Source of the DNA: Alphaproteobacteria bacterium | GTDB lineage: Bacteria > Pseudomonadota > Alphaproteobacteria > UBA828 | Direction of reading: 5' to 3' | Length of the DNA stretch: 64,000 nucleotides | Assembly: GCA_965220745.1 (NCBI GenBank) | Contig: CBDCQT010000012.1 | Span: 160,001 to 224,000, forward strand | Shown: positions 20,304-31,775 of the stretch, piece after piece | How the letters are laid out: each line of letters starts with the position of its first letter | Numbering within the stretch: the stretch's first letter is position 1 | Program-made: the position numbers and the translations under genes | The notes under the pieces: model-generated | Databases searched by the model: none | Seen by the model: only the letters and a program-made list of their open reading frames with translations | Told to the model about the DNA's origin: nothing

Positions 20304-22670
20304 CTAACAACGTTCCTCGAATACTGCATCCGATCCTGTCGCCGGTACCAATTGTAATCGCGCCAACAACGTGATCGGCGGGCAGCCCCCGGACGGCCCG
20401 CGCCATCGTCGCTGCTTCCAAGATGGTCTGTGGGCGGTGCTGGAGATTCACGAAGAGCGTCGCACCGTCAGTCTCCTCGTCGTCGTTCTTTCTGGTCGCA
20501 ACCACTAGCACCTCGGCCATGCCCGTGTCGGCCGAGAAGGCGCAATTGGTCGGGCCGGTGGCAGCAATGCTGACGATAACGATATCCCTGTAATGCTCGT
20601 CGAGCAGACGCCGCGCGGCGGCCCAGGATTCACCCTGGAGGAAGGATGCCGGGAGAACGAGGGCCAGCACTCCGTCGGGGCTCTTTACCTTGGCATGGGC
20701 AAGATCGATGAAGTATGACGCGAGGCCGGCATTGCCGTGACCGACCTTAGGCTCTCTGCGAATCTTCCCGAGGCGACGTGACATGTGCCTCATTTCTTCG
20801 TCGCTCGTCGCAAACCCGGCGAATGCAGGAGCTGGTACTCCGATCTTCTCGGCCTCATGGCCGGTCGAGCGCGTGAAGGGCGGATTCATGATGACGAGAT
20901 CGAATCTGCCGTGAGGCAGGGCAACATGCCCGTCGTCGCTTTCGCCTATACCGCGCAGTCGCTGTTGCCCTGTGCCATACAGCGGAAGGATGTCTTGGGC
21001 TGCGATCAGGTCGAGGGCCCCGATCGCAATCGGCCGGTCGGTGGGTTCAGTTTGTTCACCGTAGGGCAGAGTGAAGATCGAAGTATTCTCGAAGGTCACG
21101 CTCGGGTGCGTGCTCGACAACACCGATGCGGTGAGATGCGTGGCCGCCGGCATGATGTCCGCGCCGACAATCGCGCGCTCCATCATCTCGGGGTGGATGA
21201 GCCGGTCGTCTCCCCCGCTTCGCCTGTAGCGGGACAGTGCGGCCTCGTATGCCGCGTTCAACAACGCCCCGGTGCCGCAGGCGAAATCGCCGATCCTAAG
21301 TGCGGCAACCGCGTCGCGGTCCCACCAGTCCACGTCAAGACGCGATACGGCAAGCTCAGCCAGCAAAGCAGCCGAGCTCGGCAAGGTGTAGAAGGTCGCC
21401 AGGAACTTTCGGTCCGTGATCAGGCGCTGAAACATCCGCCCGCAAAGATCGTGCTGGCTGGTTGCGCCGAGCGAAACCAGCTCCGTCGAGACCTCGAATA
21501 GCCGCTCCAGAATGTCTTGGGCCGTGCCGTTGCGGATGGGGCTAAGGATGTCCGAAGCGATCTTGAAGATGGGCCAGTAATTGATGTTGGTGAGAATGTG
21601 ACTCCATACCTTCAGGACTTTGCCTTTGGAGGGGCGCCCGTTGACGCCGCGCATTTGGTCGAGGGTGTCAATTCCGTGGCCGCCCGCGATGGAAGACTGG
21701 AAGGTAAGCGCGTTGGCAAGAATGGCCATTGCCATTCGCGAGGTCTGTTCGCCGTCCTTCTGGTGCAGCTCCTGGGCGATGGCCTCCAGCGTATCCGGCG
21801 CATCGGCGCAGGCGTCGCGCAACTTGCCGGCGGCCTGATGAATTCCCATCTCTAGAACCTGCATGCCGAGAGCGATGCGGTTCTCGGAATGCGCGGCGAG
21901 CTCGATGGACGAGGCGAGATCGTCGACGGTGCCGTCCAGCCATCCGGTCTCCGGCCAGCGCTCAGGGGATTCGGGATCACTCGAGAGAAAACAGAACTCC
22001 AGCCGCGCACTCTCGATTTCCACTTGGAGATCGTTCTGGCGCACGCTGGCCAAGGCAAGCGGAATGCGAACGGCAAGGGCCTGCTCAATGGGATCGCCCG
22101 TGGTCTCCAGGCGCTTGCCGAGGCGTTGCCGGGCGTCTTCCTCGACCTCACTGGCCGGGGTGTATTCGGTCTCGACCACGACCGGGAGACCGCCCGGATG
22201 ACGGACTATGATGTCGGGCTGGAGCCCTGGAACTCCGCTGAATACGCGGGTCTGCTCTACCCCGATTTGGCCCGGCCAGCGTGGATGTTTCCGGCGCAGC
22301 ACCTGCGCCAGTTCCGTGTTGAAGGCGGTCTCAGTAGTCCTCGGCATGATCCCTGTTTCTCGACCGACCGGGGCGGCGGTCAAGCTGTGAGCTTTATAGC
22401 TCGCCAGTCGGGAATTCAAGGCGGGCAGAAAATAGAGCGGCCACTGGGGTCAAACGTGTCTCACGACCCGTCGAACAGGGGGCGTTTCGACGACAGGCCG
22501 CGTCGCAAGGCTTCAGTTGGTTCGGCTTCGGAGAGGGTAGAAACGAGAAGCGCAGTTGTTTCCGGCAGAGCGACGTGAGCAGCGCGGCACTCACCCGTTG
22601 TCGATCAGCAGCTCGGCGGCGCGCTTGACCGTCTTGGCATTTATGCAATGTGCCGCCGACACGTCCTCGA

Positions 22671-23834
22671 TCACGAAGCCCACGATTCGCCGGTTTCCAT
22701 TGCGGCCTCGACGGCCATTCCTATGCGCTCTGCGGCGGCTTGCAGGTCGCGGTCGCCGACGTGGGCGTATCGCAGGGTCATCACGGGGTCGGCGTGCCCG
22801 AGCATGCGCGCGACGGTGGACAGGGGAACGCCCCGGGCGACCGCCTGGCTGGCAACGGTATGCCTGAGATCGTGCAGGCGGACGTCGTCAAGCCCGGCTT
22901 CCTTCCGCGCCCGGCGCCAGAGGCACAGGGAATGTGAAAGCGGTTTGTCCGGATGCCTCGGGGAGGGGAACACGTAAGGGCTTGTGGTACGCGGCTGGCG
23001 GGCGAGGATGGCCTGCGCGGCCTGGCTCAGCCAGACCCTCCGCGGCCCGGTCTTGGAGTCCGCGAGGTTGAGACGGTCGCCGTCGACCTCCGACCATCGG
23101 AGCTTCAGGACCTCGCCCGCTCGGCAGCCGGTGAGCAGGAGCAACCGGATGACGTCGGCCTGCTGCCGGCGGGAGGGCCGCTCCCCGACCAGCCGGTCGA
23201 GGACGCGGTGAAGCCTCTCGATCTCTTCGGTGGAGAGGAACCGGGTGAGTTTCGGGCGAGGGTTCTTCGTGATGCCCTTGACGGGAGCGGTTCCGGCATG
23301 GCCGGCGGCGAGGGCGGCGTTCATGATCTGGCCGAGGATCTCGAGCGCTTTGTTGGCTCCGCCCGGCGCGGTGCGGCTGTAGGCGTCGAACCACCGCTCG
23401 ACGTCGATCCGCCGGATGACGTCCAGCGGGATGCGGCCGAAGGCGGGGATAAGCTGCCGCTCAAGCACACGATTGGCGAATTGGCAGGACGACGGGGCAC
23501 AGCGGCGGCGGTACGCCGGCAACCACTCATCGAGGACGAAGTCGCGAAACAGGGGAGCGCCGGAACGGCCTTCCGCCGGACACGGAGCGATTCCCAGGCG
23601 GAGCGCTAGGGCTCGCTTCCGGGCGTTCCCGACGGTCATGAGCGCGGCCGGGCCGACGGTCGCCCTGACCGGCTCTCCCTGGACGCGCCCGTGCCAGACG
23701 AAGCTGCGATGCCCGGACGGGCGCACCCGCACGCCGAGGCCGGGTACTTCGGTGTCCCACACCACGTATTCCGTGGTGTGCGGCTTCAACTTGCCGACGC
23801 CCGCGTCGGTCAGCCGGACCCTCCGCCCCTTCAC
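22671..23834 (-). CDS. tyrosine integrase with N-terminal Arm DNA-binding domain (second of tandem pair)
   Basis: GTG start overlaps the upstream TGA; VWDTEVPGLGVRVRPSG; catalytic TGCRAGE, DSKTG, HDLRH, LGH, TLRY. Confidence 0.88.
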   Translation of the reverse strand: MKGRRVRLTDAGVGKLKPHTTEYVVWDTEVPGLGVRVRPSGHRSFVWHGRVQGEPVRATVGPAALMTVGNARKRALALRLGIAPCPAEGRSGAPLFRDFVLDEWLPAYRRRCAPSSCQFANRVLERQLIPAFGRIPLDVIRRIDVERWFDAYSRTAPGGANKALEILGQIMNAALAAGHAGTAPVKGITKNPRPKLTRFLSTEEIERLHRVLDRLVGERPSRRQQADVIRLLLLTGCRAGEVLKLRWSEVDGDRLNLADSKTGPRRVWLSQAAQAILARQPRTTSPYVFPSPRHPDKPLSHSLCLWRRARKEAGLDDVRLHDLRHTVASQAVARGVPLSTVARMLGHADPVMTLRYAHVGDRDLQAAAERIGMAVEAAMETGESWAS

Positions 23835-24958
23835 GCCTGCCTCCCCGACAGGACGGGAGACAGGGTCTCGACCGCTTCGCGAACCGTGGCGTCGGACAGG
23901 TGGGCGTATTTCAGGGTGGTCGACGCGCTCTCGTGACCGAGCAGGCGGCCGACGGTGCGCACGCTCTCGCCGCAGAGCAGCGCCATGCTGGCGTAGGAAT
24001 GTCTCGTGTCGTGCAGGCGGACATCCTGCAGCCCGGCTTCCTCCCTCACGCCGCGCCAGAAGTGATCCAGCCACATCCATGGAGTGCGCCGACCGGCAAC
24101 CGGGAAGACGAATCCGGACGACCGGGGCAGACTGTCGAGGACATCGCGTGCCGCCTCGCACAGCCAGACCGTGCGCGGGCCGACTTTGCTGTCGGGCAGA
24201 TAAAGCCGCCCCTCCCGGTAGGAGCGCCATTGGAGGGTCAGGATCTCCGACTTGCGGCACCCGGTGAGCAGCAGCAGGCGCACGGCGGCTACGTGCAGGG
24301 GGCGGCTGGCCTCGTACCGGCCCAGCACTGCGGCGAGGCGGCGATACTCCTCGGGGGTCAGGAAGCGCTCTGACCGCCCCTGCCGGTAGCGGCGGATGCC
24401 GGCGCAGGGGTTGCTGTTCTCCGGGCGGTATCCCCAGGCCTCGGCCTGCTGCATGATGACCGAGAGGACCGGCGCCGAGCGGTTCGCGGCGGCGGGCGTT
24501 GCGTGGAGCCCGCGGAACCAGGCCCGCACCTCCTGCCGGGTTATCTCTCCGATGGGCCTGCCCGCGAAGAAGGGCAGGATCTGCCGGCGGAGGTAGGCCC
24601 GGTTCACTTCCAGGGTGCGCGGCTTCCAGCGGCGCCCGTAGCGGTCGAAGACCTCCTCGGCGACCGTCTCGAAGAGGGTGCCGCCGGGGTCCGCCGCATC
24701 GGGCTCCCGACCGTCGCGTAGCGCGGCCAGCATTAATCTGGCCCTGGCCCGCGCCTCGGGCTCGGCGATCGTGGCCGCGTCGCCTATGATCTTCCAGACC
24801 CGTTTGCCCCTGTGCTGGCTGTGGATGAAGTAGCGCGTAGAACCGGAGGGCATGACCCGGACGCCGTACCCCTTGAGTTCGGCGTCCCGGACATCGCGCA
24901 CCTTGCGGCGGGGCCGAAGGGCGTCGACCCTGCGTTGGGTGAGTCGGATGATTGGCAT
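23831..24958 (-). CDS. tyrosine integrase with N-terminal Arm DNA-binding domain (first of tandem pair)
   Basis: [10 protein letters not shown]...[16 protein letters not shown]; TGCRKSE, DSKVG, HDTRH, LGH, TLKY. Confidence 0.9.
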   Translation of the reverse strand: MPIIRLTQRRVDALRPRRKVRDVRDAELKGYGVRVMPSGSTRYFIHSQHRGKRVWKIIGDAATIAEPEARARARLMLAALRDGREPDAADPGGTLFETVAEEVFDRYGRRWKPRTLEVNRAYLRRQILPFFAGRPIGEITRQEVRAWFRGLHATPAAANRSAPVLSVIMQQAEAWGYRPENSNPCAGIRRYRQGRSERFLTPEEYRRLAAVLGRYEASRPLHVAAVRLLLLTGCRKSEILTLQWRSYREGRLYLPDSKVGPRTVWLCEAARDVLDSLPRSSGFVFPVAGRRTPWMWLDHFWRGVREEAGLQDVRLHDTRHSYASMALLCGESVRTVGRLLGHESASTTLKYAHLSDATVREAVETLSPVLSGRQA

Positions 24959-25077
24959 GATTGCGTGTCTCCGATCTGTTGCAGCGGGGTGCGGAATCGG
25001 CTTGAATTCCGCGCCCAGTGGCAATAGAAACGGAAGACCATTGCAATCGAATCAGTTACTTAGCACCGAAGGTGCGT

Positions 25078-25098
25078 GTTTCCGTGTGAAACGGAAAC
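25078..25098. repeat. perfect 8-5-8 inverted repeat; candidate integrase binding site or element end
   Basis: GTTTCCGT-GTGAA-ACGGAAAC; related motifs at 25025-25036, 22538-22550 and 22557-22564. Confidence 0.45.
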
Positions 25099-25175
25099 GC
25101 TCTCGCAGGCGGCCATTCCCGCGAAGACAGGACCAGATGGCGACTACTCTCTGGAGCCTCGCACGCCAATCCGGT

Positions 25176-26444
25176 TCAAAAGCCGTAGTCCAGGTTCACT
25201 CCGATGTAGCTGTCGCGCCGCACGTCATACACGACATCGTCCTCGTCGATCCCCACATAGGCGGAGGCCTCCACATGCAAGAACCAGTTCTCCGAAAGGC
25301 GGCGCTTGAATTCAGTGCTTAGAACGCGACTGTTGCCGCTCAGGGATTCCAGAACGCTGACCGTGAATTCGGTACTCTGTTCGTCGTTCAGCCCGAGGCG
25401 CGCGACTAGCAGTATGTCGTTCTCGAACGCGTTGGTCGCCCATCGGCCGCGCCCGTCGCGCGTCCATTCGCCGATCAGGCTCAGATCAGCGTCCGAGTCC
25501 CACACGGCATAGATCGTGTATTCGCCGCCCGCGACGAACGCCGCGTAGTCTTCTTCTTCGTATTTCAGATACTGGTCGAGCCGCCGGTTCTGCAAGCCGG
25601 CGCGGTGTATGGCTTCCAGCTTGAGAAGCCACGGGCCGGTTGTGAGCTGGGTATCCAGGCCGAATTGGGTGATCTGCTCGTAGTATGGCGCCAGAACGAA
25701 TTCGGAGCCGGCCAGCGTCGGCAAGAGAGTGGGCTCGCGGCTGGTACCATCGAACACGCTGAGCCCGACGTCGACCGGCCCGAAGCTGCCGCTGTACCGG
25801 GCCGCGAGATCAAGATGCCACTCTTCCGCTCCGGACTCGTACGAGGTCAAGCCGTGATCCACGACAAGCCCGGGACGCAGGCGACCGCGCTGCCCTGGGA
25901 AGGTGCGCTCGCGGTGCCAGGTCAGCCCGAACAACTCCAGCGCCCCCCAGTCCCCCGACCAGGTGAAATGAACCATAGGCTGGCCCAGTTTGGTCTTCTC
26001 GTCCGGGTGTTCCACCAAGTCGGTCTGATTGACGATATCGACCAGGGACCGCGATTCGACGACACCCCAGAAGACTCGATCGACGCCCAGACGCAGCTCC
26101 CATTCATCCTCGCCAATATCGCCGTACAATAGAACAAAGGCCTCGCGAAGGTCGGCGTGGGTGCGGTCCGGATCCCCGGCGTCGTATCTGTAGAACGGCG
26201 TTACAGTAATGCTTCTGCCTTCGTCGTCCTCCATATAGGCCGTTGCCTCTACGGCGAGGCCGCTCGCATGCGAGCGCTGGCCGGGATGCGTGGAACTCTT
26301 GGGGTACAACCGGGTTTCCATGGAAAGACGCCCGGAAAGCTCGATCTGATCGGTGATCCCGTTGTCGGCGTGCGCTCCAGCCCCGAGCACTGAGAGCAGC
26401 ATCCACAGCGACGCCGCGAGAAGGACGGGGAAGCGCGCAATCAT
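25176..26444 (-). CDS. putative outer-membrane beta-barrel protein associated with MMPL/RND exporters
   Basis: Signal peptide; RTHADLREA, VFWGVVESRSLVDIVNQTD, KLGQPM; C-terminal F. Confidence 0.75.
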   Translation of the reverse strand: MIARFPVLLAASLWMLLSVLGAGAHADNGITDQIELSGRLSMETRLYPKSSTHPGQRSHASGLAVEATAYMEDDEGRSITVTPFYRYDAGDPDRTHADLREAFVLLYGDIGEDEWELRLGVDRVFWGVVESRSLVDIVNQTDLVEHPDEKTKLGQPMVHFTWSGDWGALELFGLTWHRERTFPGQRGRLRPGLVVDHGLTSYESGAEEWHLDLAARYSGSFGPVDVGLSVFDGTSREPTLLPTLAGSEFVLAPYYEQITQFGLDTQLTTGPWLLKLEAIHRAGLQNRRLDQYLKYEEEDYAAFVAGGEYTIYAVWDSDADLSLIGEWTRDGRGRWATNAFENDILLVARLGLNDEQSTEFTVSVLESLSGNSRVLSTEFKRRLSENWFLHVEASAYVGIDEDDVVYDVRRDSYIGVNLDYGF

Positions 26445-26530
26445 CGCGGCCCGGTCGGCTCCGGCAGGCGGGGACGATGCGTTCTGGCCGGCCGGCTATG
26501 GATCGAGAGAGTCATGTTGGGCAGACCGGT

Positions 26531-28870
26531 TCAAGCGCTCTCCTCAGGCGCAGTCTTGCTCCTGCGCCACTTCTTTCCCAACCCGTCGAGAAAGATCAGC
26601 AGCGGCGGGAGGAGCAGGAAATCCGCCAGCAGGGCGATGATGACCGTCGTTCCTGCCAGCAGACCGAGCGCCTGGTTGTTGGCCATCCCCGACGCGCCGA
26701 ACACCATGAATCCCAGCGCAAAGAGGACGGTCGTCGCCAACAGGGCCTTGCCCACGGAGCCGAAGGCGGAGCGGACGGACTCCGGCGGCGGCTCTCCGCT
26801 CTTTCGCGCTCTCAGGTACTTGGTCATGAAGTGGATCGTGTCGTCCACAATGATGCCGAAGGCGATGGCGGTAACGACCGAGGCCGAGACTCCGAGCTCT
26901 CCGACCGCGTACCCCCAAAGTCCCATCGCCATGGCGGCAGGAACAAAGTTCGGTATCAGGCTGATCAGGCCGAAGCGCACGCTTCTGAAGATGAAGATCA
27001 GCAGCAACGACACGATAGCCATCGCGATGATGGTGCCGATCAGCATCTTTTCGATGTTTCTCTGAATCGAATGAGCGCCCACGATGGCGATGCCGGTGGC
27101 CGAGGTTTCCAGGCTGGGCGCATTCTGCCCGAGCCAGTCGCGCGCGCGCTCGTCGAGCGCCAGCTTCTCACGGGTGGACAGGGCCTTCAGCACCACCGTG
27201 ACGCGCGTTGCCGAGCGTTCGATATCGATGAGATTGTTCAGATCGAGGCCCACCGGCAGCGAAAATTCGTAAAGCAACAGGTACTGGGCGGCCAGATCGG
27301 AGTCGTCCGGAATGCTGTAGAACGCGGGGTCGTCGCTGTTCAGGTTCTTGTTCAGGCGCTTCATGATGTCGGCGATGCTGAAGACGTGGGCAACCTCCGG
27401 CTGCGTCCGATACCACTCCGCAAACGCGTCGACCTGCTTCAGATACTCCACATCCGTGATGCTGTTCTCCTGCCCGGTGCCGAGCGAGTACTCGAAGGGC
27501 TCCAGGCCCGTGAAATTATCGCTTATGAAATCCGTCGATCGTCGGAACTCGTAGCTTTCGCTAAGAAGCTCGAGGTGATTGTCGTTGAGCTCTATGCGCG
27601 AGATACCGGCCATGAGCGCGACAACGACAACGGCGAACGAGCAAAATACGACCAGGCGCCGGGAAACAACAAAACGCCCGAAACGCTCGATGAAGCGATC
27701 GAAAAGGTCCGTCTTTCCTACGCGCTCGGGCCGGACACGCATGGGCATGAGCGAGAGAAACGCGGGCAGGAGCGTCACCGAGTAGACGAAGGCAATCAGC
27801 GAGCCGAAGGCCACGATGTTGCCCATAACCCGAAACGGCGGCATGTCCGAAAAGTTCAGGCTTAGGAAGCCGATCGCGGTCGTGATCGAGGTGAGAAAGA
27901 CGGGCCAGACGTTGAGTCGCAGGGAATGAATCGCAGCTTCCCTGCGGTCCATCCCCTGGCGCATGCCCGCGAGCATTGCCTCGATTATATGCACGCAATG
28001 GGCGACCGTGATCGCCATCAAGACGAACAGTGCCGCGCCGCTCTCGCCGTAGAGCTTGAGGCCGGCCCAGCCGGCAAAGCCCAGTGCCGACAGGAGAACG
28101 GCAATGATCATCAGGACGATCGTGACCGTTCCCCAGATCGAGCGGAGCATGAGAAAGGCGACGATCAGCATGACGCCGAGCGCGATGGGGCCGAGGATGC
28201 CCATGTCCTCGTCCAACGCGTCGCGCACGGCACGATTGAGGAAAAGCGCGCCGGTCAGGTAATAGCCGGTGGTCGAATACGTTGCGCGCGCTGCGGCGAC
28301 GGTCTCGTTGAGATAGTCGACGACGTCGACCTTGGCCTGCTGTCGGTCCTCGCCGGGAAGCGAAACGCTGATGTGCAGTCCGGCAACGCGACCGTCCCGG
28401 GCAACCAGGCGCCCGGCGACTTCCTCGGTGCCGAGCGCGATCGTCTGAATTCGTTCTATGTCGGCATCGCTCAGGGAAGCGGCGTCGTCGATGAGCGGCT
28501 CGACGATCAGCTCGTCTTCGAGGCCTTCGCTATGCGAGTAGTTGGTGATCGAATCGATGCGGGTGACATAGGGGGTTCGCCAGAGCAGCTCGGTCATCTC
28601 TTCCAGGGCGACCAGCGTTTCCCGCGTGAAAATGGTGCCGTCCTGCGGCGCGACGGCAAGCAGCACGGTGTCGGAGAACGCGTAGGTGTCCTCCATTTCG
28701 TCAAGCGCGACGAGGTTGGGGTCGTCCTTGCTGAAATGATTGCGAAAGTCGACGTCGACATTGACGATGTACTGGGCGCCCGCGACGAGTGCCAGTATGA
28801 CAAGCAGGGAGAGTAAAAGGGTCAGCCATCGCCGACCCATAATGCGCGCTATGCAGGCTTCCAGATTCAT
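26531..28870 (-). CDS. MMPL/RND-family efflux transporter permease
   Basis: Two repeats of periplasmic plus transmembrane modules; LTSITTAIGFLSL, FGIIVDDTIHF. Confidence 0.9.
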   Translation of the reverse strand: MNLEACIARIMGRRWLTLLLSLLVILALVAGAQYIVNVDVDFRNHFSKDDPNLVALDEMEDTYAFSDTVLLAVAPQDGTIFTRETLVALEEMTELLWRTPYVTRIDSITNYSHSEGLEDELIVEPLIDDAASLSDADIERIQTIALGTEEVAGRLVARDGRVAGLHISVSLPGEDRQQAKVDVVDYLNETVAAARATYSTTGYYLTGALFLNRAVRDALDEDMGILGPIALGVMLIVAFLMLRSIWGTVTIVLMIIAVLLSALGFAGWAGLKLYGESGAALFVLMAITVAHCVHIIEAMLAGMRQGMDRREAAIHSLRLNVWPVFLTSITTAIGFLSLNFSDMPPFRVMGNIVAFGSLIAFVYSVTLLPAFLSLMPMRVRPERVGKTDLFDRFIERFGRFVVSRRLVVFCSFAVVVVALMAGISRIELNDNHLELLSESYEFRRSTDFISDNFTGLEPFEYSLGTGQENSITDVEYLKQVDAFAEWYRTQPEVAHVFSIADIMKRLNKNLNSDDPAFYSIPDDSDLAAQYLLLYEFSLPVGLDLNNLIDIERSATRVTVVLKALSTREKLALDERARDWLGQNAPSLETSATGIAIVGAHSIQRNIEKMLIGTIIAMAIVSLLLIFIFRSVRFGLISLIPNFVPAAMAMGLWGYAVGELGVSASVVTAIAFGIIVDDTIHFMTKYLRARKSGEPPPESVRSAFGSVGKALLATTVLFALGFMVFGASGMANNQALGLLAGTTVIIALLADFLLLPPLLIFLDGLGKKWRRSKTAPEESA

Positions 28871-29477
28871 GTCGGCATGACGTCTCGCGGGCGGAATTCC
28901 GGTGGCGAATCGCGACTCCAGAGGCACTTCCGCGTTCAGTATCTCAATCCGCGGCCCCCGCGTCCATCATTCTTGCCGTGAAAGGGTCCCGGGGCTGGCA
29001 CGAACGTCTACCCGCCAAGCCCATGTTGCAGGATCGGTCGCGGCACCAGGTCCGGGTCGACGGTACGACCGGTGGACTTCCCCGACGTGGGCCCGAAGAG
29101 TCGTTCCGTCTGGCCGGGCGGCGCGAGGGGTGGGCGGTCAGGCCGCCCCGAGCGACAGCAGAGTGCTGCCCAATCAGGATCCGGCGCTGCCGGCTCTACG
29201 AGCGCACCTCCCGAATCGGTTGAGGCGGCACGTGGGAAGGTGTGCGAAGCCCGAACGGGCAAATGCAGGTCAGCCACACGCTGCCGGGCTGTTGCGATCC
29301 CCAACGCAGGAGCGCGAGTGGAGTGGAAGCGTGACTTCACTAGTGAAATGCAAAGCGCCTTAGAGGTGAGACATATGGTGTCCGCTATTGGCGATACGGT
29401 AAACCTTCGATCCCAGTGGAAGAGAGGCTGGCAGAAAATGCGTTGGCGGTTGGCGGACATCTCAGGAGTGCGCCAAA

Positions 29478-29725
29478 TCAGCCGCGGTTACTGGCCTCAC
29501 CTCCGAGCAATGCCTGCGCAATAACCACGCCGATACGTTCAGCTGCTGCCTCGGTCTCGCGGTCACCAACATGGGCGTACCGCAGTGTCATGCTCGGTCG
29601 CTTGTGGCCAAGCAGGCGCGAGACGACCGGCAACGGAACGCCTTGCAGAATGGCGTGGCTCGCAAACGTATGACGAAGGTCATGAAGGCGCACGTCTTCG
29701 ATCCCGGCTTCCTTGCTTGCCAAGC
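29478..29725 (-). pseudogene. tyrosine integrase C-terminal fragment
   Basis: KEAGIEDVRLHDLRHTFASHAILQGVPLPVVSRLLGHKRPSMTLRYAHVGD. Confidence 0.85.
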
Positions 29726-29727
29726 GC

Positions 29728-29937
29728 CAGGGGGGCCTCGTGTTCCTCGGCGGCGGGGCGCCCAACCTCTATACCTTCGACAAGGCGACGTGCGCTGAGA
29801 TCTGGCGCGGCGCGACGCCGTTTCGAACCCAGGCGAACCCGATGACCTATCGCGCGCGGTCAGACCGGCAGTTCATCGTCATCGCGACTGGCGTCGGAGC
29901 GGCCGCCGCGCTCGTCGCATTCGCGCGACCCAAGTAG
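29728..29937 (+). pseudogene. PQQ-dependent dehydrogenase C-terminal fragment
   Basis: GGLVFLGGG..LYTFDKAT..EIW...ANPMTY...RQFIVIATG...LVAF. Confidence 0.75.
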
Positions 29938-29942
29938 CCGTC

Positions 29943-30300
29943 TCCGACGAGGTCGCGACGGACCCCTACGCGGCCTATTGCCGGCTGAAGGATAGGGATC
30001 CGGTCCATCGCTTGAGGCTGATCGATGCCTGGGTGCTGACCCGCTACGAGGACGCGGACGCCATGCAGCGGGACCACGAACGCTTCAGCGCCGAGGATCG
30101 CCGGTTCCACGATACCGGGCTGACCACCATGCTGGACATCGACCCGCCGGACCACACGCGGCTGCGCTCGCTGGTCTCCCGGGCGTTCGCGCCGCGCTCT
30201 GTGTCGCACTGGGAGGGCCGCGTGCAGGAGATCGCCGATCGGCTTCTGGGACGCGGTCTCCGGCCACGATCGCATCGACCTGATCGCCGTACTCGGCTAT
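29943..30300 (+). pseudogene. cytochrome P450 N-terminal fragment
   Basis: DPYAAYCRLKDRDPVH, WVLTRYED, MLDIDPPDHTRLRSLVSRAFAPR; frameshift near 30248; no heme Cys region. Confidence 0.82.
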
Positions 30301-30695
30301 CTGGCGCGGTCCTCCTTGCGCCGTTTCCGGTTGAGGTAGGTTCGGGCGTTTCCATGGAGTGTGCCGTTGATCTGCATGTGCCGCCTCCCGCTGGCCTGTG
30401 AGTGGAAGCGGCGGGGACGCCCTCTCGCCGGACGCGCTCCGCCGCGCCCTGATTCAGGTCGAACTCTCCCTCGCGTCGGCGCGCGGCTGCGGCGGACGGG
30501 GCAACAGTCCCGGCCTCGGACTACGAGGGACTGCAGCGGTCAGGAGTGGTCTGGGGTTTTCTTCGCGGTGGTTACTGGGTGGTTATTTTCCTCGACTGGG
30601 CGTCGGGCACAGACTCGCATCTTCTTCCAACCCATTGACATGACGCGGTTATAGGAAACGGCGGGCGCTACCGTGTTGGTGGTGAGAAATGCGGG

Positions 30696-31771
<1,076 letters not shown>

Positions 31772-31775
<4 letters not shown>

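Larger units (their letters stand above)
17827..22347 (-). pseudogene. type IIG-like restriction-modification enzyme (endonuclease + N6-adenine MTase + specificity region) interrupted by IS1380
   Basis: QPDIIVRH...VVVETEY nuclease-like N-terminus; motif I DFACGTG; motif IV NPPF. Removing IS1380 and one CTAA restores a 966-aa frame (...RGTLL-DTGCAGLRDASVVQAARG...). Confidence 0.82.

Noticed and set aside
22671-25046. 791-aa ORF as a single giant integrase
   Set aside because: Its first ~400 aa are an alternative-frame read-through of the upstream integrase. The real gene starts at GTG 23834.
28902-29370. Several overlapping 80-150 aa ORFs
   Set aside because: Low-complexity Arg/Pro/Ala translations with no coherent family signal.
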